Below, one piece after another: positions 57,704-64,000 of a DNA stretch of 64,000 nt (position 1 is the stretch's first letter; every line of letters begins with the position of its first letter). The position numbers and the translations under genes were made by a program. Below the pieces are notes generated by a model, which worked only from the letters and a program-made list of their open reading frames with translations, was not told the origin of the DNA and made no database searches. Source of the DNA: Eledone cirrhosa. Taxonomy: Eukaryota. The stretch covers positions 144,460,001 through 144,524,000 of the forward strand of contig OZ024741.1 in assembly GCA_964016885.1 (NCBI GenBank). Reading direction: 5' to 3'.

Positions 57704-58495
57704 GGGGAGAAATGAGGTGGAACAGAAATGAAACATGGATTGCAGGTTAAAATATATTCTAGATAGATGAGAAACAAAACGAAGATGTTGTTTATGGAAG
57801 ACCCAAATGATTTAGAAGTCAACCTTAAGTAGGAACAATAACATTAAGAAAGACATGAATGACACCACATCATTTTGTATTGAAAATTTTGAAAGTAGGT
57901 ATATAAGTATGAATTTTCATAAGATTTTCGTTGTTATCTCTGTGACCTAGCGGTAGGTACTAGAAACGGTGGAGATCCTGGCCTTGGATTCAATCCTGGT
58001 CAAGAGGTTCATGTAACCTTTTTCAGTTTTTATTTTGCAACCAATAGAAAAAAAACTGAAAAGGTTTACTGGGAACCCTACTTACACCCGCCCGGGATCG
58101 AACTTCAGACCAGGCTCACCACCGTTTATGATTCCTCCAACTAGGTCACCGAGACAGCTACAAAAGTATGATGAAAATTGATAATTATAAACCTACTTTC
58201 AAAATCAAAGTTAAAAAGATGTGGCGTTGTTCATGGCTTTCCTAGAGCTATTAGTAATATTTAGGGTCGACTTCTGGTCATTATTGATTTCGCAAAACAT
58301 ATAATATTTTTTATTGAAGAAGGTAAGATATTTTTCCGCAAAAATTTCATTGCACTGTTTTCTTTCCACTTCTGTATTTTTTGAAAATGCTATTTATTCA
58401 TTATAAAAATTAAATGAGAGCATTCTATATGTAGATGGGCCCCCTTCATCTCCTGGCAGCCAATATATTTAGACCCAGTCCGTCACTGTATATAT
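57300..58495. repeat. Composite repeat: about 220-bp diverged direct repeats (57302-57515 and 58277-58492) enclosing an old inverted repeat (57812-58030 and 58048-58277)
   Basis: Direct comparison; each inverted arm contains a tRNA-like segment. Confidence 0.75.
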
Positions 58496-58524
58496 ATATA
58501 TATATATGTACATACACGCACACT

Positions 58525-58742
58525 CATGAATGGTTATGGGTTTTCCAAATGTGTGCATACATATATATAATTACACACGCAAATAAACACGTAAAAACTC
58601 GCACACATACAGATGTGTGAGTGTGTGTGTAAATATATATATATACATACACGCACACTCATACATGTGTATGTGTGCGAGTTTTTACGTGTGTGTTAAT
58701 GTATATGTATGCACACGTTTGGAAAACCCATAACCATTCATA
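58525..58742. repeat. Fold-back repeat
   Basis: ATGAATGGTTATGGGTTTTCCAAA / TTTGGAAAACCCATAACCATTCAT and ACGTAAAAACTCGCAC / GTGCGAGTTTTTACGT. Confidence 0.8.
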
Positions 58743-60713
58743 ACTTGATATTTGAAGAAAATTTTATATCGTTTCTATTAATATTCTGAATATTCCTTTC
58801 TGTTAAATATTAAGACTAATACAGACATACAACACGACATCATTAATGATCGTGAGCTTTCAATTCTGACTTGTGAAATATCACATTGCCGCAAGCTGGC
58901 TTGTCAAATTTGAATTGTATTTGCTGTATATGTAGAAAACCTAACACAATGTCGTTTGGTAATTTTATTTCACATTGACATACGTTTATGCTTTTGTTAG
59001 GCGGTGAATTGGGTAAGTCGTTAGAACGCCAGATAAATTCCTTTGCGCTATTTGTTTCGACACTGTGTGTTCTGAATTAGAAGATTGTACAAGATAGGCG
59101 CGAGTCACATATGCTGTTGCCGTGTAATAAAGATTCAATGTTGCTAAAGTTTAAGCAACTAATTTCTGATTAATTTTATTCTTTGGTTAAACATACAGTA
59201 AAAGAAAGCAGAGTTGGAAAGGACTATGAATGCTATAAGTGAGAGGAAAGTCGGGGGGGCGTCTACTAGACAAAGGAAGAAAGAAAGGGGAAAGGAGAAG
59301 GTTAACAGACTTTACACCTATGCCTTTGCCATATTGTCTATTATTTCTTGCTCTTTCACTCCTTTTCCTGTCATTTATGGCATTTATAGTCCTTTCCAAT
59401 ATTGCTAAAGTTGGTCCACGAATTGATGACATAGTCCGATCTTTTAAATATTTTTCTACCTGGATAACCCGCCTCATCAACTATACTGGATTACGCATCA
59501 GTACATCTCAAAAAACATTTCTGGACTTGTGACTCTGATAACACTTCTACAATTCCATTTTTAGTTTCCCTTATATTCTCCGGGGTAACCTCTTCCTAAC
59601 TATTTGTAAAGGAAATAAATGAGCTGACTTTTGCAATATTGCTATTTCTATTGCTACTGTTGTGATTGATCGATGCGATAGTGGATACAATATTTTCGAT
59701 TAAATCCCTGTATTAGTCGCTTAGTCTACTACAGTATTGGTCGCTTAGTCGATTAAATCTACTACAGTATTTGACTGGTATTTTATTTTATCGAAATGAA
59801 AAGACGAAAAGCAAAGTCATCCTCGGTTAGAACTTCTAACTGCTCTTTTTGAGGCATATGAAAACTCGTATGGCGCAAGATAGAACTGTGTTACCTCCCT
59901 CCTGTACCCTCTCTCAAAACACAAGTGATTGATTTCCCCCCCTCTCCCATGTTATTTCCATTTCGGAGATCAGGCCTATTCCTAGAGATTCTTTTGTGTT
60001 GGCCACGCTGTATCAAAGTTATCTGAACATTTTCGCTTCTCTGCGTCAAGGTACAAATATCGTTGGTTTGATTGTGAATGTGTCTGTCTGTGTGTCTCTT
60101 ATTTTATTGTTTTTAATCTGTTAGTCTATTTTATTCTAAATTCTGTGTTAATGTTTTAACATTTTTTTCGGGGGTGGGCAAAACTCAGTGCTACCCCGAT
60201 TTGTTTAATTCCTATGACCACTACCTCTTCAATAAAAACGAATGTTTACAAAATATTAAACATAAAAATGTCCTGTGTGTTTCTTTATTTTAATGAGAAT
60301 GGCCAAGCTAACCTCGGCGGAATTTGAACTCAGGACGTAAAGGGCCGTAATTACATGTCACAAAGCATGTTGTCCGACGCTTTACCGATACGATCAACCT
60401 ACTGCCCTTAATACCATAGCAATAATAAAAATAACAACAATAATAACAATAATAATTATTATTTTCTAATTTTTACATTTATTTTTATTTTTAGTCTTTG
60501 TTATTATATAACAACAATTATTATTTCTTGGATTGGCAGTATCGGTAGAGGGTCGAACGCCATGCTTTGACGCATAGAGTTACGGCCCTTGCCATTCTGA
60601 GTTCAAATCCCGCCGAGGTTAACTTTGCCTTTCATCCTTACGGGGTCGATAAAATAAAGTACCAGTAATGCACTGGGTATTTGCTGGCCTTGTGCCAAAA
60701 GTAGAAACAATTA

Positions 60714-61050
60714 TTTCTTTATCGGCCACTAGGGCCGAAACCGAAAGGACAGTACAAAAAACAGTTCATTCTCCACCCACACCTTCCATTCCAAGTCGAC
60801 CGCCTGACAAGCGAGTCCTGTCCCTTGCACAGGAAGTTGAAGAGCAAGCACACTAATATAGTGAGGTGCGAACAAGGGTAAGGCACGACAGTCAAGAGGT
60901 AGTAGACGACGGAAGCGATGTACGCATTCGCCACTTCCACCCGATCTTTCAGGGATAGCTTTCTCTCGGCCCATTTCTGGGTGAGAGTAACCATCCTGAT
61001 TACCTCGTCCTAGTTTCTATCCATCAGGAGGTGCGAACCGAAACAGACAC
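60714..61050 (-). mobile_element. Internally deleted Tx1/L1-clade fragment
   Basis: WAERKLSLKDRVEVAN...VRRS, then a 3' end GTGGCCGATAAAGAAATAAT like 63792-63810. Confidence 0.75.
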
Positions 61051-61880
61051 CGAGGTTGCCATTGGTATCTTTCACCAAGGCTGTCTTGATCGGCATGGGC
61101 TCTGCAGAGCATGTTGAAAACATGGCTGGGGTCGTTCTTTGCTGCTGCTTCCAGGCGCTCGATTTCTTCCGCCCAAAATTTCTCCCGGTCATTTGTGATG
61201 GCCTGTTGTGTATCCGGTTGAGCCGGCGGTACTCACTCATGTTACCATGCAGGCGAGCCAGGGCGGCCAGCGTCTGCAGTAAAATTCAGAGTCGCTTGAA
61301 AAGAGGTCTTGAGTTTACCAGGACGTCACGAGCAAACTGATTGACGTTTGATTTAAAGGTGCCCCGGTTGTCGGTCTCATCTTCGGCAGGGAAATGTAGA
61401 GGTGATGTTCGGATCACAGAGACAAGATGAGCCAAGGCGGGGCTGGTACCTAGTGGCAGGGTCCGCTCGCAACTTCAAATTGAATGTCGCATCTAGCAAT
61501 CGATGGTCTGTATTACCTAGTTGAACTCCTCTGTAGACCCAATAGTTGGTGACAAATGACCCCCAGCAACAGGAAATGGTGGTGTGGTCGATCACCATCC
61601 GGATTGTACCATGTCTTGTGATGGATGAGTTTGCGAGGGAACTAGGTGTCGGTAATTATTTTAACGGTATAGGTGCAGCAGACGATTAACATTGTCATTG
61701 GTGGATGGACCGGTGAAGGTCATGCCAATGGGCTGAGTCTGGAGTGGGTCGGTTAGATAGAGACTGGTTGAAGAGCAGATGGTAGCATTGACATCCATCA
61801 GGATGATCGTAATGTCGGGGCATGGGATTTGTCCTAAAACCTGTTGGAGCTGGTCGTAGTAGTCGTTCTTAGCTGTTTCC
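61051..61880 (-). mobile_element. RTE-like LINE fragment (APE endonuclease and linker), degenerate
   Basis: IDH..VYRG..TDHRLL in ORF 61377-61598; EYRRLNR. Confidence 0.65.
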
Positions 61881-63820
61881 TCTGCGACGGGTACAAGAGA
61901 GAGAGAGATACTTTAGACAACTTCAGGCCCATAACTCTGCTAAACACAGAGTTTAGGATTATGACCAAGGTGTTAGCGAAGAGGTTGGCGCTTGTCGTTG
62001 AGGATCTGGTAGAGGAGGCCCAAACTTGCGCAATCCTGACCAGGTCTATACACGACAACCTCCAACTCATGTGATACATCATAGAGAGGATAGGGTATAA
62101 ACCTGGCTTCGGTGGAGCTATGATCAATTTAGATCAATCGAAAGTTCTCCATAGGGTCGACCATCGATACCTGGAGGCTGTGCTCAAGGCAGTTGGCTTC
62201 GGTTCCGTCTTCGGAGGCATGATCACTGTAATGCACAGCGCCATCTGCTCAGTGTTCAATGTAAATGGCCACCTTTTGGAATCATTTCAGATCACGCAAT
62301 TAGTTTGTCAAGGGTGCCCCCTCTCTCATCCCTTCTATATGTATTGACTCGAGCCTATACAGCAGCAGTTGTAGCTGTTGCAGGGCATCCCGCTCGAACT
62401 GACACGTGGAAGCGCTGCGTCGGCGTATGCGGACAACATCACCGTCATAGTGTGGAACACCTCGGAATATTCCTTCTTAGAGGAATATGAAAGGTTGACA
62501 GGAACAAAACTGAACCCGGAAAATTCGGTGGGCTTGCAGCTCGGCACATAGAGAGGCAAATCTATGCCATTTAACAGAGTCGCTGGACGTTGGGCGGACA
62601 TGTATTACCGCCTGACCATCGTGTCTTGCCTCCGTTCGCATCTCACCAAATTGGAATATCTGCTCTTCAACTTTTGTGTAAGTGACAGGTTCCATTGGCG
62701 GTGTCATCCATCTGCTGCTAGCACCCTCTACTTGGAGGGATCGGCATGCCATGGCTGATGATACGCAAACATGCGCTGTGGTTACGGCATCTTTAGATAT
62801 TCTTAAACGATGAACATGTATGGTTGCTGTTTATGAGACAGGTCTTTCCGCAGCTAATCTCTTTAACTGAGCTGCAGTTCTGGGTCAAGAGGAGACAGAG
62901 ATTGGGCGTTTGGCATCTCGAATGTTGCTAGGCACTCACTGCCAGGTGGACAATGCGGTTAGTGGAAATTTCACTCACGAGTTCTATAGATGATTAGTGG
63001 TGGGAAAGTGCGACGACGCTCTCTGAGAGACTCTGGGAATCGACGAAATCGAACTGACCAGTCTGTTCCGGAAGACATTCTAGCCGGGAACTATGGATAA
63101 CTTCCAGAAACCGCTCGCTAGGCAGTGCTACTGGAAGGGGGGGATGCTGGTTCGAGATAAACTCTACATGTGGTCAAACGGACCTGTTGGAGATACACGC
63201 AGAGCGACAAAACTGTTCTGCATGCACTCGTCCAATGTAAGTGCATTACTGTCGAACAGCTGTTGGGGATGGATCCAGCTATCGTCCGAATCAGCCCACC
63301 GCTTTCTTTTGGCTGGGAAGGGTAGGCAGTATTCCTCTGCCTGGTGATTGTAGCGAAAGAGGTTGTGTAGTGGACGAGGCTGAAAGGACTGAAGACAGAC
63401 ACTTTTCTCTTCGGTCAATCTCTCATCAACTTTTCAAGTTTCACTTGGAAAGGAAGGTGAGGGTGGTGAGGGAAGTGTTGCCCTCCTCCAGTACATTTGT
63501 TAAAAGGTGGATGAATGTTGCAAGGATGGCCCATGTGAATGGGCCTACTCTGAGCATGCGCCTATAGGCTAGCTGATTAGGAGAAAAGAAGGGCACCCCC
63601 CTCGCGTGCTCTCGGAACTTCGGATCATTTAAGATTAGTGGAGTTCCTGAGTTACCCCCGAGTGGTTCTTCCCCTATTGGGGAATTTGTATTGTTACTCG
63701 ATTTGTTTCTGTAAAACCCCCACTGTCCCTGCCTTTTGTACGCCCTTGTGGCCAATAAACAACAATTATTATTATTATTATATCGCCACTTGTGGCCAAT
63801 AAAGAAATTATTATTATCAT
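61881..63820 (+). mobile_element. Tx1/L1-clade LINE, degenerate RT to 3' end
   Basis: NFRPITLLNTEF.., LDQSKVLHRVDH, VCQGCPLS, AYADNIT; duplicated GTGGCCAATAAA plus (TTA)n end. Confidence 0.85.
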
Positions 63821-63868
63821 TATATATGTGTGTGTATATATATATATCCGTCCCTTGTTTCCTCTCTC

Positions 63869-63916
<48 letters not shown>

Positions 63917-64000
63917 TCTATCTATCTATCTATTTTTTTAATATTTGACCAATTCACCGTCCTTCAATCCCACAAACTCTTCTCTATCACCTTCTTCTAC

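Noticed and set aside
59187-59532. Overlapping 97-aa ORFs
   Set aside because: No clear domain; more likely a decayed LINE 3' end.
60529-60620. tRNA genes at SINE heads
   Set aside because: tRNA-like heads continue into SINE bodies and occur as many diverged copies.

Overview
AT-rich, microsatellite-dense eukaryotic DNA made almost entirely of repeats. The SINE types and the (TA)n/(CA)n density suggest an octopod cephalopod (inference). I found no intact host gene and no intact transposon ORF. Most listed ORFs are microsatellite artefacts or pieces of frameshifted retroelements. The recognisable content is: several Penelope-like element (PLE) families (RT plus C-terminal GIY-YIG); R4/Dong, RTE, Tx1/L1, CRE and Ingi/Vingi LINE fragments; two tRNA-derived SINE families; a non-autonomous Helitron; and many fold-back repeats. 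The most notable signal is non-coding. By eye I read about 18 type-I hammerhead ribozyme motifs from about ten unrelated PLE-type families. Several have very large (53-103 nt) helix-II insertions and palindromic helix III. Two copies carry a compensated U3:A8 core instead of C3:G8. These families share a fold-back plus one-sided tail layout inside (TA)n tracts, and the tails share a short ATYGAGY motif mostly about 45-60 nt from the outer end. All structures were read manually, and element boundaries are approximate.
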